Shown here: positions 1-10,074 of the stretch, in pieces
Layout of the letters: every line of letters begins with the position of its first letter
Numbering within the stretch: the stretch's first letter is position 1
Assembly: GCA_018699415.1 (NCBI GenBank)
Contig: JABIQM010000238.1
Coordinates: 1,719-65,718, forward strand
Direction of reading: 5' to 3'
DNA from: Acidimicrobiaceae bacterium
GTDB taxonomy: Bacteria; Actinomycetota; Acidimicrobiia; Acidimicrobiales; Aldehydirespiratoraceae
Length of the DNA: 64,000 nucleotides
Notes under the pieces: generated by a model
The model's input: the letters and a program-made list of their open reading frames with translations, nothing else
Databases searched by the model: none
What the model was told of the DNA's origin: nothing
Translations under genes and position numbers: made by a program

Positions 1-27
1 CGGGATAAGTCGTTGAACATTTCTCAA

Positions 28-993
28 CTACCGATTCCGGAGGGCGGCTTGAACCCTCGGTCCAGCAGGATATTCACCCGGATCGAATACGGTGCCGGTG
101 AGTGCTTCGAACGTCTCTTGATAGACGCCGGCGGCTTCTAGCGCTAGCCCCGGCCCCAAAGGCGGGGGGTCACCAATGCCGGCATAGCCGTCTCGGGCGT
201 ACGCCAGACGCACGTACTCCTTGTCGAGATTCTCCGGCTCATCGCCCGCCGCTCGCTGACTCTCCATAGTCGATGCACGCCAGAAACGCGAGCTGTCGGG
301 TGTGTGTACTTCGTCGATGATCGTGAGCGTGCCCTCAGCGTCAAGACCGAACTCGTATTTCGTGTCCACCAGCACCAAACCAGCACCAGCCGCCAACTCG
401 ACCCCTCGGGCAAAAACAGCAAGCGCTATTGTGCGGACCTCATCCCAGAGGTCGGCATCGACCAGCCCGCGATCGACGATCTCACGCTCAGTGATCGGCT
501 CGTCGTGAGCACCTTGCTCAGCTTTCGTAGTGGGTGTGATAACCGCCTCGAAAAGAGGGTCATTCTTTTGCATGCCATCGGGAAAATCGAGTCCGTAGAT
601 CGTGCGCTCACCGGCCGCATACTTCGTCCATAGCGCCGTCGATGTAGATCCCGATAGACGGCCGCGAACAACAACTTCCACTGGCAAGGTCCGACATTTA
701 CGTCCAATAGTGACGTTGGGGTCAGGGATCGACACAACGTGCGACGGCACCAGGTCATCGATACGTTCGAACCACCAACCCGCCAACTGGTTGAGGACCT
801 GCCCGCGGTAAGGAACCGTGCCGAGGACATGGTCAAAGGCAGATAACCGATCAGTGGCGATCAGCGCAATCTCGTCGCCGAGATCAATGACGTCACGGAC
901 CTTGCCCCGCATCATCGTGCCGAGATCGATGACTGTGTTGGGGTCAAGACCTTCAAACGGCTCTGCCAGCGCCGGCGCGAAGTCGAGTGTCAT
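28..993 (-). CDS. purC: phosphoribosylaminoimidazole-succinocarboxamide (SAICAR) synthase
   Basis: The translation has PurC hallmarks (IATDRLSAFD, LVDTKYEFG, DEVHTPDSSRFW). The internal ATG (MTLDF) at 993 overlaps the purQ stop as ATGA. The upstream 24 codons of the ORF track look like read-through. Confidence 0.9.
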   Translation of the reverse strand: MTLDFAPALAEPFEGLDPNTVIDLGTMMRGKVRDVIDLGDEIALIATDRLSAFDHVLGTVPYRGQVLNQLAGWWFERIDDLVPSHVVSIPDPNVTIGRKCRTLPVEVVVRGRLSGSTSTALWTKYAAGERTIYGLDFPDGMQKNDPLFEAVITPTTKAEQGAHDEPITEREIVDRGLVDADLWDEVRTIALAVFARGVELAAGAGLVLVDTKYEFGLDAEGTLTIIDEVHTPDSSRFWRASTMESQRAAGDEPENLDKEYVRLAYARDGYAGIGDPPPLGPGLALEAAGVYQETFEALTGTVFDPGEYPAGPRVQAALRNR

Positions 994-1781
994 TGTGCCG
1001 CCGCTATGAAAGCTTCGAACAACGGCCGACCCGTGTTGCCCACGGGTCCAGATGGCCGCTGCCAATCGATCACATGATCCTCAGGATGCGGCATCAGGCC
1101 AACGACGGTTCCGGTCTGATCGCACAAGCCGGCGATATCAGCCACAGACCCGTTGGGGTTGGCCGGATAAACCCCGGCTGCCGACACTGGATCATCAGAG
1201 GTTGGGCGAGGTCCGTCGGCCATATACCGGAACGCAACCAAGCCATCGGCTTCGATTTGGCGAGAAACAGATTCGCCAGCGACTGCAATACGTCCCTCGC
1301 CATGGGCGACAGGGCAACGGATCGTGACTCCACCGGCGGCGCCAAGCCACCCAGAGCGGCAGCTCGTCTCCACCCGGATCGTGACCCAGCGGCACTCGAA
1401 ACGACCGGCCCGATTCTCCGTGAGCGTGACGTCTCGAGGACTGCCAAGCGGGCCAGGCAACAGGCCTGACTTCACCAAAACCTGGAAACCGTTACAGATC
1501 CCGAGGATCGGCCGTTCCGCAGACACTGCTTCGGCCAACTCGTCAGCAAACCAGCTACGTAACTCGAGAGCGAGACGTCCGCCTGCACCCAGCGCGTCAC
1601 CGTACGAGAACCCGCCGGGCAGCAGAATCGCCGCATGGTCACCAATACGAACGGAGCCGTCACGTAACTCGTTGACGTGAACGATGCGCGGGGAGCCGCC
1701 AGCGAGACGGATGGCCTGAGCGGCCTCGCCGTCGCGGTTGGTGCCAGATGCATGCGGAATCAGAATCGGGGGAGCGCTCAT
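990..1781 (-). CDS. purQ: phosphoribosylformylglycinamidine synthase, glutaminase subunit
   Basis: Class-I amidotransferase motifs are present: GGFSYGD, GICNGFQ (catalytic Cys) and MPHPE. The start overlaps the purL stop by 4 nt. Confidence 0.9.
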   Translation of the reverse strand: MSAPPILIPHASGTNRDGEAAQAIRLAGGSPRIVHVNELRDGSVRIGDHAAILLPGGFSYGDALGAGGRLALELRSWFADELAEAVSAERPILGICNGFQVLVKSGLLPGPLGSPRDVTLTENRAGRFECRWVTIRVETSCRSGWLGAAGGVTIRCPVAHGEGRIAVAGESVSRQIEADGLVAFRYMADGPRPTSDDPVSAAGVYPANPNGSVADIAGLCDQTGTVVGLMPHPEDHVIDWQRPSGPVGNTGRPLFEAFIAAAQ

Positions 1782-4699
1782 TCGACCGCTCCCCCGGTGA
1801 ACGCCTCAACGGCTTGATCGATGGTCAACTCCACCAAGACGAGTTCACGCGAGTCAAGAGACTCAGCATCACCACTAGCGCCACTGGGCGCTGCCATCAC
1901 GATCCTGTCACCGCCGGTGACTTCGCCGATTCGGCGGCCGAAATCGCCAAGCGCAGCGGCAATGGCGCCGCGGTTGCCCGGGGAGCCGGTGAGCACCAGT
2001 CTCCCAGGGCCCTCATTGACGAGGGATGTGAATGGATCTAATCCATCGGCGGGGACAACGACGCACAATCCGAGGCGTGCTGCCAGAGCCATTTCTGCCA
2101 ATGCCACAGCAATCCCGCCATCGCTACTGTCGTGTGCCGCGGTGATAAGCCCTGCGGCGATCGCGGTATGGATGGCTTGATAGCGCGGCAGTGGGTCATC
2201 GAGGGGAAGTGGCACCGTGTTGGCACAAAGGTCGAATACGTCGGATGCCAGCGAGCCACCAAGGTGGGCACTGCCCTGCCCAACAAGCCAAATGTCGTCA
2301 TCGGGCTGCATGCCGGCGGAGTCGATGGCTCGACCCAAGTCGGGGACAAGTCCAAGCGCAGAAATGAGCAGTGTGGATGGGATCGCCTCACCATCGAACT
2401 CGTTGAAGAGACTGTCCTTGCCGCTGATGAACGGCATCCGGTAGCGACGGGCACCATCAGTGCATCCCTGCACGGCCCGCACAAGCGAACCAAGGCGGTC
2501 GGATTTCGTCGGGTCACCCCAACAGAAGTTGTCGAGCACGGCCACACGGTCTGGGTCGCCGCCGACGGCAACTAGATTGCGAACTGCTTCGTCCATGGCA
2601 TGAAGCGCCATCGCCCACGGGTCGTGGCGTCCGATACGGGGATTAATCCCGTTGCTGAGCACCACGGCGAGGGTTCCATCAGTGCCAAGCGGCTTGAGAA
2701 CGGCGGCATCAGCGGGTCCATCAGCCTCAGGACCGACGAATGGCCGCACCACTGTGCCACCGCGAACCTCATGGTCATAGCGACGAACGATGTCTTCCTT
2801 CGACGCCACTTCTGGGTGAGCCAACAACTCCAGGATCACCGACGCGTCTACCTCAGGCGTTGTGACCTGGGTAGGTACAGGATCCGCCCATGCTCCCGTC
2901 ATCTCCCGGCGAGGAAGCCCATTGTGCAAAAACGACATCGGTATGTCGACCACAGGCGTTTCACCGTGGTGGACAACGAGTCGTTCACTCCCAGTGAAGG
3001 TGCCAAGATCGGTGAGTTCCACATCCCAGGCATCGCAGAGGGACTGAAGCTCAGCCATATTGGCCGGTGGAACGGCGATGACGATCCGTTCCTGTGCCTC
3101 AGAGAGCCAAATTTCCCACGGCTGAAGACCGGGGTACTTGAGCGGCACCGTGGCGAGATCAACGTCAACGCCTAGGTCCTCGCCCATCTCTCCAACCGAC
3201 GACGAAAATCCACCTGCACCACAATCGGTGATGGCCGTGTAGAGCTTCGCATCGCGCGCCAACTCGATAACCTCGATCAGGCCCTTTTCGGTAATCGGAT
3301 CACCAATTTGCACCGCTGAGCCGACAGAGTCGACGGTGGAGGCATCCATTCCCGCCGAGGAGAACGTGGCTCCGTGAATGCCATCGCGCCCGACACGCCC
3401 ACCGATTGAGATGATGCGGTCGCCGACGTGTGCCTCCGTCGGGTGCATGCCGTGAGGGAGGAGTCCGAGCGCTCCGCAGTAGACCAGCGGATTGGCCGTG
3501 TAGCCCTTGTCGTACAGAACGGCTCCGTTGACCGTTGGCAGCCCAAGCTTGTTGCCGTAGTCGCCGACGCCGCTCACCACACCTTCGCGAATCCGACGCG
3601 GGTGCAACACGCCCGTCGGCAGTTCGCTGTCGGGTAAGTCGGGTGGACCGAAGCACAGCACATCGGTGCACGCGATCGGTCGAGCTGATACGCCGATCAC
3701 ATCGCGGACCACACCGCCGACACCAGTATTTGCCCCGCCGAATGGCTCCAAGGCTGACGGGTGGTTGTGCGTCTCCACCTTGAATGCCAGATCGAACGTG
3801 TCATCGAAGGCGATGATGCCCGCGTCATCAACGAAGGCGCTACGGAGCCACCAGGGATCAAGCTCCTCGGTGACCTCGCGCAGCGCAGGCAAAAGCCCAT
3901 CGTGAGTCGAGACGGTGACGGTACCATCAGCCGCTTTGTGCGTGAGTTCGATCTTGGCGCGGAACGTCTTGTGCACGCAGTGCTCAGACCAGGTCTGCGC
4001 GAGGGTCTCGAGTTCGGCGTCGGTTGGCCATCGACCCTCCGCGACAAAGTGCGCCTGGATTGCCCGCATTTCGTTGACGTCAAGGGACAGAACGCGTTCT
4101 CGGCTCATCTGGGCCAGTGCGTCGTCGGACAGTCCGTCGAGTTCTACCAGATCAACACGAACGTCGGCCGCGGTGGCGGCGGCGAACTCAGGGTCCATCT
4201 CGCCCTCGTGGGCATGCTCAATCGTGTCGTTGGCGAGCAGACGGCGCGTCAATCGAGCAACGTCGGCATCTGACAGCGCACCGTGCAACTCGTAGCGGCG
4301 CGCTGTGGCCACTTCGATAGATGGAAGGCCCAATTGAGAAGCAGCACGTTCGAGCTCGCGGGCATCACCGTCGGTGACGCCAGGCATCGGGGCCACTTCG
4401 ACGACTCGACCCCCAGCGGACGCCGGTGCATCAATCGTGTGCACATCGACCACAGGGTCGACGAGCACTTCGGCACAGAGACGGGCGAGGTCAGATTCGC
4501 TCAGGTCGCCTCGGACATGATGGACCCGCGTGATCGTGCAACCCACAAGCCGATCCACTCCGAGTAATAGTGCAGAATCGAGTATCTGCCTCGCTGCAGG
4601 ATCGTCAGGAGCGGTGACGTCAATGCGAACAACCATTCCTCGCAACCTAGACGGAGCGGGGACGATCGCGTTGTATCCGTCAGCGCCTTCTGCCCTCAT
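1778..4699 (-). CDS. purL: phosphoribosylformylglycinamidine synthase subunit PurL with two N-terminal PurS-like modules
   Basis: PurL core motifs are present (HNHPSALEPFGGANTGVGGVVRD, DCGAGGFSSSVGEM). About 200 extra N-terminal residues form two PurS-like repeats. The start is uncertain: ATG at 4699 or 4705 follows a GGAGG, ATG at 4636 begins the first PurS-like module, and the longest ORF reaches 4750. Confidence 0.85.
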   Translation of the reverse strand: MRAEGADGYNAIVPAPSRLRGMVVRIDVTAPDDPAARQILDSALLLGVDRLVGCTITRVHHVRGDLSESDLARLCAEVLVDPVVDVHTIDAPASAGGRVVEVAPMPGVTDGDARELERAASQLGLPSIEVATARRYELHGALSDADVARLTRRLLANDTIEHAHEGEMDPEFAAATAADVRVDLVELDGLSDDALAQMSRERVLSLDVNEMRAIQAHFVAEGRWPTDAELETLAQTWSEHCVHKTFRAKIELTHKAADGTVTVSTHDGLLPALREVTEELDPWWLRSAFVDDAGIIAFDDTFDLAFKVETHNHPSALEPFGGANTGVGGVVRDVIGVSARPIACTDVLCFGPPDLPDSELPTGVLHPRRIREGVVSGVGDYGNKLGLPTVNGAVLYDKGYTANPLVYCGALGLLPHGMHPTEAHVGDRIISIGGRVGRDGIHGATFSSAGMDASTVDSVGSAVQIGDPITEKGLIEVIELARDAKLYTAITDCGAGGFSSSVGEMGEDLGVDVDLATVPLKYPGLQPWEIWLSEAQERIVIAVPPANMAELQSLCDAWDVELTDLGTFTGSERLVVHHGETPVVDIPMSFLHNGLPRREMTGAWADPVPTQVTTPEVDASVILELLAHPEVASKEDIVRRYDHEVRGGTVVRPFVGPEADGPADAAVLKPLGTDGTLAVVLSNGINPRIGRHDPWAMALHAMDEAVRNLVAVGGDPDRVAVLDNFCWGDPTKSDRLGSLVRAVQGCTDGARRYRMPFISGKDSLFNEFDGEAIPSTLLISALGLVPDLGRAIDSAGMQPDDDIWLVGQGSAHLGGSLASDVFDLCANTVPLPLDDPLPRYQAIHTAIAAGLITAAHDSSDGGIAVALAEMALAARLGLCVVVPADGLDPFTSLVNEGPGRLVLTGSPGNRGAIAAALGDFGRRIGEVTGGDRIVMAAPSGASGDAESLDSRELVLVELTIDQAVEAFTGGAVE

Positions 4700-4825
4700 C
4701 CCCATCCACCTCCTCGGATCGACATCCGAGGTGACCGGCGCTGGTCCCAAAGAGAATCAGGGACCATCAACAGCGGGTTACTGCACGTCTGTATTTTGTC
4801 GCCGCCAGACCACACTGAATGAGCT

Positions 4826-7800
4826 ATGACGTCCGATCGCATCACGTATCCACCGGAGCTCCCCATCACGGAGAGACGTGCGGAGATTCTTGAGGCGTTG
4901 GCTTCCAACCAGGTCGTCGTTGTAGCCGGGGAGACCGGCTCTGGCAAGAGCACCCAACTCCCGAAGTTCTGCCTGGAAATCCTGGCCGACGACGACCGAC
5001 TGATCGGACACACCCAACCCCGCCGCCTCGCTGCTCGATCGATTGCCGAGCGACTGGCCTCCGAACTCGACACCACGCTCGGCGGTCTTGTCGGCTACAC
5101 CGTTCGCTTCCATGACGAAGTGGGAGCTGATACTCGCATCCGTCTCATGACCGACGGCATCCTTCTTGCTGAGATTCAGCGAGATCCAATGCTTCGGCGC
5201 TATCGCACCCTGATCATCGACGAGGCTCACGAACGCAGTCTCAACGTTGACTTCCTGCTTGGTTATCTGGCTCGACTGCTTCCGCAGCGCCCTGATCTCA
5301 ATCTCATCATCACCTCAGCCACAATCGACACCGAGCGCTTCTCCGCCCATTTCGACGGAGCTCCGATTATCGAGGTGTCCGGACGTACGTATCCGGTCGA
5401 GATTCGCTACCGGCCACCCGCCGACCCCAACGACCCCGACGCGCCGATCCTCGATCAACCTGAGGCAATCGAGCAGGCAGTTCGTGAGCTAGTCCACGAT
5501 CAGAGCGGAGACATCTTGGTCTTCTGCTCCGGCGAGCGCGAAATTCACGATGCCGTCGACCACCTCCGCGATCGAAAGCTCGGCGATCTCGAAATTCTTC
5601 CTCTCTACGCTCGCCTCTCCCCGGCTGAGCAACAGCGGATTTTCAAACCCACTGACAAACGGCGTGTGATCTTGTCAACCAACGTCGCCGAGACCTCTCT
5701 CACCGTGCCTGGAATCCATGCGGTCATCGACACCGGAACAGCCCGCGTCTCTCGTTTCAATCGTCGAACCAAGGTCCAACGGCTCCCAATCGAACCGATC
5801 TCGCAAGCCTCCGCGAACCAGCGGGCCGGCCGCTGCGGCCGGCTTGGTCCGGGCATCTGTATCCGCCTCTTCACCGAGGACGAGTTCGATGCCCGTCCGG
5901 ACTTCACCGAGCCGGAAATTCAGCGCACCAATCTCGCGTCGGTGATCTTGCAGATGGCCGCGCTCGGTCTTGGCGATGTGGCCGACTTTCCGTTCCTTGA
6001 CCCGCCCGACATACGAGCAGTCCGCGACGGCATTCTCTTGCTTGAGGAACTCGACGCCGTAGTTCCCGAGCACGAAGGCGAAAACGGCTGGCTCACGCCG
6101 TTGGGCCGCCAGCTCTCCTCGCTTCCCCTTGACCCGAGGATGGGACGCATGCTGCTTGAAGCCGAGGACCACGGCTGCGTTCGACAGATGCTGATCATCG
6201 TCTCTGGCTTATCGATTCAAGACCCTCGGATTCGGCCGAACGGCGTTGGGTCTGGGGCCGCGCAACAAAGGGCCGCCGAGCTCCACAAGCGCTACACCGA
6301 TGACGACTCCGATTTCTTGTCCTACCTCTTGCTCTGGGAGCACATCCGAACCGAGCGGGAGGCTCGTAGCGGCAACGGATTTCGGCGAATGTGCCGAGAC
6401 GAGTACCTCCACTTCCTCCGGATTCGGGAGTGGCAAGATATTCACAGCCAGCTGCGCCGTACCGCGCGTGAACTCGGTCTACAAATCAACGACAATGATG
6501 TGCCACCGACAGCAATCCACCAGTCCGTGCTCGCCGGGCTTCTTTCTCACATCGGATTCTTTGATCCTGAGCGACGCGAGTACCGCGGCGCCCGTAACGC
6601 CCGGTTTGTCGTGGCTCCTGGTTCAGCGCTTCGAAAGCGCACGCCCAAGTGGCTGATGGCGGGCGAACTGGTCGAGACCAACCAGCTTCGGGCCCGCACG
6701 GTTGCACCGCTGAACCCGCGATGGCTCGAGCAGTCTGCATCGCATCTCTTACGTTGGGACTATTCCGATCCTTGGTGGGACGAAGACCGCGGCGCTGCTA
6801 TGTGCCATGAGCGAGCATCTCTGTACGGGCTGCCAGTGGTGCCGAATCGGGCAGTCAATCTCCATCGGGTCGACCCTGCGCTCTCCCGGGCCCTTTTCGT
6901 GCGTAATGCGCTCGTGGAGGTCGATCCGGCTCAGGTGCCTTCCACTCCGAACTATGCCTTCGTTCGCAGCAACGCCCGCGTCACCGACGAACTCGTTGAA
7001 CTAGAGCATCGACTCCGACGCCACGATCTCCATTGTTCCGACGACGAATATGTCGAACGGTATGTGGCTCGCCTACCTGACAACGTCGTGTCCCGAGCCC
7101 ATTTTGAGAAGTGGTGGAGCAGGCACCGGCGGCAACACCCCGCAGCCCTCGACTTTGCTCTTTCTGACCTGGTCGGCGACGGTGTCGAACCGATCGAGTT
7201 GTTGGAACTCCCCACCTCGTGGTCATACGGCGATCTTGATCTCGTGGTGGACTACCGATTTGACCCGGCCGAACCGACGGACGGGCTCACGATCGACGTT
7301 CCGCTCGAGTATGTCCGTCGACTACACCCCGAGCCCTTCGAGTGGCTCGTCCCGGCATGGCGCCCACTACTCATCGACGAGTTGATCCGAACCCTACCGA
7401 AAGCCACACGCCGCACCCTGCTTCCAATCCCTGAGACCGTCGCAGAAATTCTTCCGCAACTCGACCCGGCAGGAGATACGAATCTCACCACCCAACTCGC
7501 AGCAGCGCTGACCCGCCACGGCGGCATTGACGTTCGTCCCCACGAGTTCCAGAAATCTTCCCTGCCGACCTATCTGCGCCCCCATTTCCGGGTTGTCGAT
7601 GATGGCGAGTCGCTGGCCGAAGACGACGATCTCGAACTACTCCAGCGCCATCTGCATGAGGAGGCCCGGCAACTCTTGGCAAAGACGAGTCATTCGCTGG
7701 AACGCACGGGACTCACCGATTGGAATTTTGGCGACTTCCCAGAATCGATCGAGGCCACCGGGCTCGGGCAACGGGTCACCTCCTATCCCACCCTTATCGA

Positions 7801-8566
7801 CGACGGCGACTCCGTATCCATTCGGCTTGTGGCCGACCTCGACACCCAAGCCACCATGATGTGGGAGGGGATACGTCGCCTCCTACTCCTTCATCGTCCG
7901 CCCGTCGGCAGGGTGCTGCGCAACCTTTTGACCGAAGACGTGAAGTACGCCATCGTCGTGAGTCCCTACGATTCACCATCATCCTGGTTCGACGATTGTC
8001 TGATTGCGGCCACTGACGAAGTTCTGCACCGCCATGGCGGCCCCGTGTTTACCGAGGCGAAGTGGGGATCATTGATCGACGCGTACCGCTCCGAGCTTGC
8101 TCAAGCCCTCATGGATGTGGCCAACGATGGGGTGGAGGTCTTACAACGAGCCAGGAACCTGCGCCGATCGCTCGACTCGCTCACTGCACCCGCGCTTCAA
8201 GCATCCCGGTCAGATATGGCCGAGCAGCTCGACCGGCTTGTCTACGACGGCAGCCTCGCTGCTTGCGGCGCGCATCGGCTGCGCGACGTCGGGCGGTACC
8301 TTCGCGCCATCGAATGGCGCCTTGAACGCATCACCGACGGGTTGGCCCGCGATCGCGACCGCATGATCAATGTGCGGGCGCTAGAGACACAGCACGAGGC
8401 CCTGGTGCAACAGTCTGGAATGACCACGGAACTGGAGTCGCTCATGTGGCAGCTCCAGGAACTGCGAGTCTCACAATTCGCGGAGTCCCTTGGCGCAGCA
8501 GGCGCAGTGAGTATCAAGCGAACTCGCGCCGAGCTCGAGCGGCTGGCTCAGGTAGCGTCGGCGTAG
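4826..8566 (+). CDS. hrpA: ATP-dependent RNA helicase HrpA (DEAH box)
   Basis: Walker A GETGSGKSTQLP, DEAHERS, TNVAETSLTVPG and QRAGRCGR, followed by a long HrpA-type C-terminal region. Length is 1246 aa. Confidence 0.9.
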   Translation: MTSDRITYPPELPITERRAEILEALASNQVVVVAGETGSGKSTQLPKFCLEILADDDRLIGHTQPRRLAARSIAERLASELDTTLGGLVGYTVRFHDEVGADTRIRLMTDGILLAEIQRDPMLRRYRTLIIDEAHERSLNVDFLLGYLARLLPQRPDLNLIITSATIDTERFSAHFDGAPIIEVSGRTYPVEIRYRPPADPNDPDAPILDQPEAIEQAVRELVHDQSGDILVFCSGEREIHDAVDHLRDRKLGDLEILPLYARLSPAEQQRIFKPTDKRRVILSTNVAETSLTVPGIHAVIDTGTARVSRFNRRTKVQRLPIEPISQASANQRAGRCGRLGPGICIRLFTEDEFDARPDFTEPEIQRTNLASVILQMAALGLGDVADFPFLDPPDIRAVRDGILLLEELDAVVPEHEGENGWLTPLGRQLSSLPLDPRMGRMLLEAEDHGCVRQMLIIVSGLSIQDPRIRPNGVGSGAAQQRAAELHKRYTDDDSDFLSYLLLWEHIRTEREARSGNGFRRMCRDEYLHFLRIREWQDIHSQLRRTARELGLQINDNDVPPTAIHQSVLAGLLSHIGFFDPERREYRGARNARFVVAPGSALRKRTPKWLMAGELVETNQLRARTVAPLNPRWLEQSASHLLRWDYSDPWWDEDRGAAMCHERASLYGLPVVPNRAVNLHRVDPALSRALFVRNALVEVDPAQVPSTPNYAFVRSNARVTDELVELEHRLRRHDLHCSDDEYVERYVARLPDNVVSRAHFEKWWSRHRRQHPAALDFALSDLVGDGVEPIELLELPTSWSYGDLDLVVDYRFDPAEPTDGLTIDVPLEYVRRLHPEPFEWLVPAWRPLLIDELIRTLPKATRRTLLPIPETVAEILPQLDPAGDTNLTTQLAAALTRHGGIDVRPHEFQKSSLPTYLRPHFRVVDDGESLAEDDDLELLQRHLHEEARQLLAKTSHSLERTGLTDWNFGDFPESIEATGLGQRVTSYPTLIDDGDSVSIRLVADLDTQATMMWEGIRRLLLLHRPPVGRVLRNLLTEDVKYAIVVSPYDSPSSWFDDCLIAATDEVLHRHGGPVFTEAKWGSLIDAYRSELAQALMDVANDGVEVLQRARNLRRSLDSLTAPALQASRSDMAEQLDRLVYDGSLAACGAHRLRDVGRYLRAIEWRLERITDGLARDRDRMINVRALETQHEALVQQSGMTTELESLMWQLQELRVSQFAESLGAAGAVSIKRTRAELERLAQVASA

Positions 8567-9579
8567 CCGATCCAACCACCCCGTTCGTAGTTATAGAGCT
8601 TGCAAATTTTGGTCGAGCGCAGATAGTCACGGAGCTGGATGGGACGCTGCTCAACGTCGTCAGGGAACACGGCAGCGACCGCCCTTGCTGCCTCAGTGAG
8701 CCGATAGCACGGGATCCGCATGTCGACGTGGTGGGGCAGATGGACCATGATCCAGTGGAAGAAAAGGTCCCAACCGGGCGGCCCCCACAACACCGTGGTC
8801 CCCTCTACTTGGCCGTGGAATCGATTCCAATCGGCCCGAGGCCACCAGCGGATCTCCGGGGAGATGTGATGGACGTAAACGACCCAGCCGATGACCTGGC
8901 AAAACAACAGGAACGGCACCACCACGACCTTGACCCAGATCCATAGGCCGGCCACGCCCGCGAACCCAACACTCAACGCAAGTCCTAGAGCTCCAAAGGC
9001 AATGATGAGCGCCTGATCACGGTGCATAGCCGCCCGCCATCGAGCGGGAGCAGGAAACCGCACCATCTTCTCCCACCAAACCCGATGGAAGTAGTAGGCG
9101 CCAGCACCAACTGAACTCCATTCGAGTCGGTGGACCAGCTTTTGGAACCGTCCTAGCTCGCTGTAGTCAGCGGCGGTGAGTGGTTGCCACACAAAGTCAA
9201 TCTGTTGGCGCACAGTATGTCCATGATGGACACGGTTGTGACCGAAAATCCATACCTCGACTGCGTGCAACGACGGGAGCATGGTCAACCGGGCGACGAA
9301 TGCGTTGAGCCGGGGAGAATCGAACAAAGCACCGTGAGCGGCATCATGACCCAGCACGAATAATCCGGAAACCATCAGGCCAGCCAAGAGCCAGAGCGGC
9401 ACCAACAGCAAAGGGTTGTTCGTCACCACGAGGCCCCATATCGCGAGACCATAGAGGAGTAGATCTCGAGCTACGATCCCGACACCTCGGATCAAAGATC
9501 GCTGATAACAATGCTCGGGAATGACTTCCAGAACAGGTTTGAGACCAGTGGGCTTCACGGGAGCATCAGTCGACAACAT
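8548..9579 (-). CDS. membrane fatty-acid desaturase family protein
   Basis: Three histidine boxes (HDAAH, HNRVHHGH, HLPHHVD) plus several hydrophobic spans. The 3' end overlaps the hrpA 3' end by 19 nt, convergently. Confidence 0.75.
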   Translation of the reverse strand: MLSTDAPVKPTGLKPVLEVIPEHCYQRSLIRGVGIVARDLLLYGLAIWGLVVTNNPLLLVPLWLLAGLMVSGLFVLGHDAAHGALFDSPRLNAFVARLTMLPSLHAVEVWIFGHNRVHHGHTVRQQIDFVWQPLTAADYSELGRFQKLVHRLEWSSVGAGAYYFHRVWWEKMVRFPAPARWRAAMHRDQALIIAFGALGLALSVGFAGVAGLWIWVKVVVVPFLLFCQVIGWVVYVHHISPEIRWWPRADWNRFHGQVEGTTVLWGPPGWDLFFHWIMVHLPHHVDMRIPCYRLTEAARAVAAVFPDDVEQRPIQLRDYLRSTKICKLYNYERGGWIGYADAT

Positions 9580-9639
9580 GGGTGAAGATCACAATATAGT
9601 CGCTGGCCAAGAAATAGCCGATCAATCTCGGGTCTGCCG

Positions 9640-10074
9640 TCACTCGACACGCTCAAATCGGCACGCCACTGTGGTGACCGAGTTGAGCCCATTCAGCGCA
9701 ACCCCAAGGGCTTCACGCAACGTCTTTCTTGTTCTCCATGCCGCACTTCTGTCCGGCAGGAGTCCATCCATTGCCATCACGAACATCATTAGTTGAGCAG
9801 GACGTTCGATCAGAACTTGACTTGTGTGCTCGTCGACGAGCGATCTGGTCGGGTCCGGATCGCTCCGAAACGGCCAAGTCATTGGACCGGTCACCCGCTC
9901 AACCACGGTCCGTAGCTCAACCAGATCGCCGGCCCCAGCCAAAATCAACGCCGGAGCATCGGAAAATTCGTCAGGCGTTGTCTGCGGTCGAACGTCGACA
10001 GCATCCCGGCAGAACGTGGCCGGTAGATCACCAACAAGGTCTATATAGGCCCGCCGGATTGCCTCAGCGCTCAC
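9640..10074 (-). CDS. hypothetical protein
   Basis: 144-aa ORF whose start overlaps the stop of the upstream nitroreductase gene by 4 nt. I recognise no motif. Confidence 0.5.
   Translation of the reverse strand: MSAEAIRRAYIDLVGDLPATFCRDAVDVRPQTTPDEFSDAPALILAGAGDLVELRTVVERVTGPMTWPFRSDPDPTRSLVDEHTSQVLIERPAQLMMFVMAMDGLLPDRSAAWRTRKTLREALGVALNGLNSVTTVACRFERVE

Noticed and set aside
4700-4825. A possible purine-related riboswitch (ZTP/pfl or purine) in the purL leader. Two hairpins are present: CTCGGATcgacATCCGAG and GGTCCC...GGGACC.
   Set aside because: I could not find the conserved ZTP core (for example the CCGCCUGGGC 3' element) or the purine-riboswitch junction sequence. The hairpins are short and may simply belong to the divergent purL/hrpA promoter region. 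One abuts the GGAGG of purL, which is noted but unproven.
8548-8566. A 19-nt convergent overlap of the hrpA and desaturase 3' ends.
   Set aside because: Short convergent overlaps are common in compact GC-rich genomes. Both ORFs have intact family motifs to their ends, and nothing suggests a functional antisense interaction.
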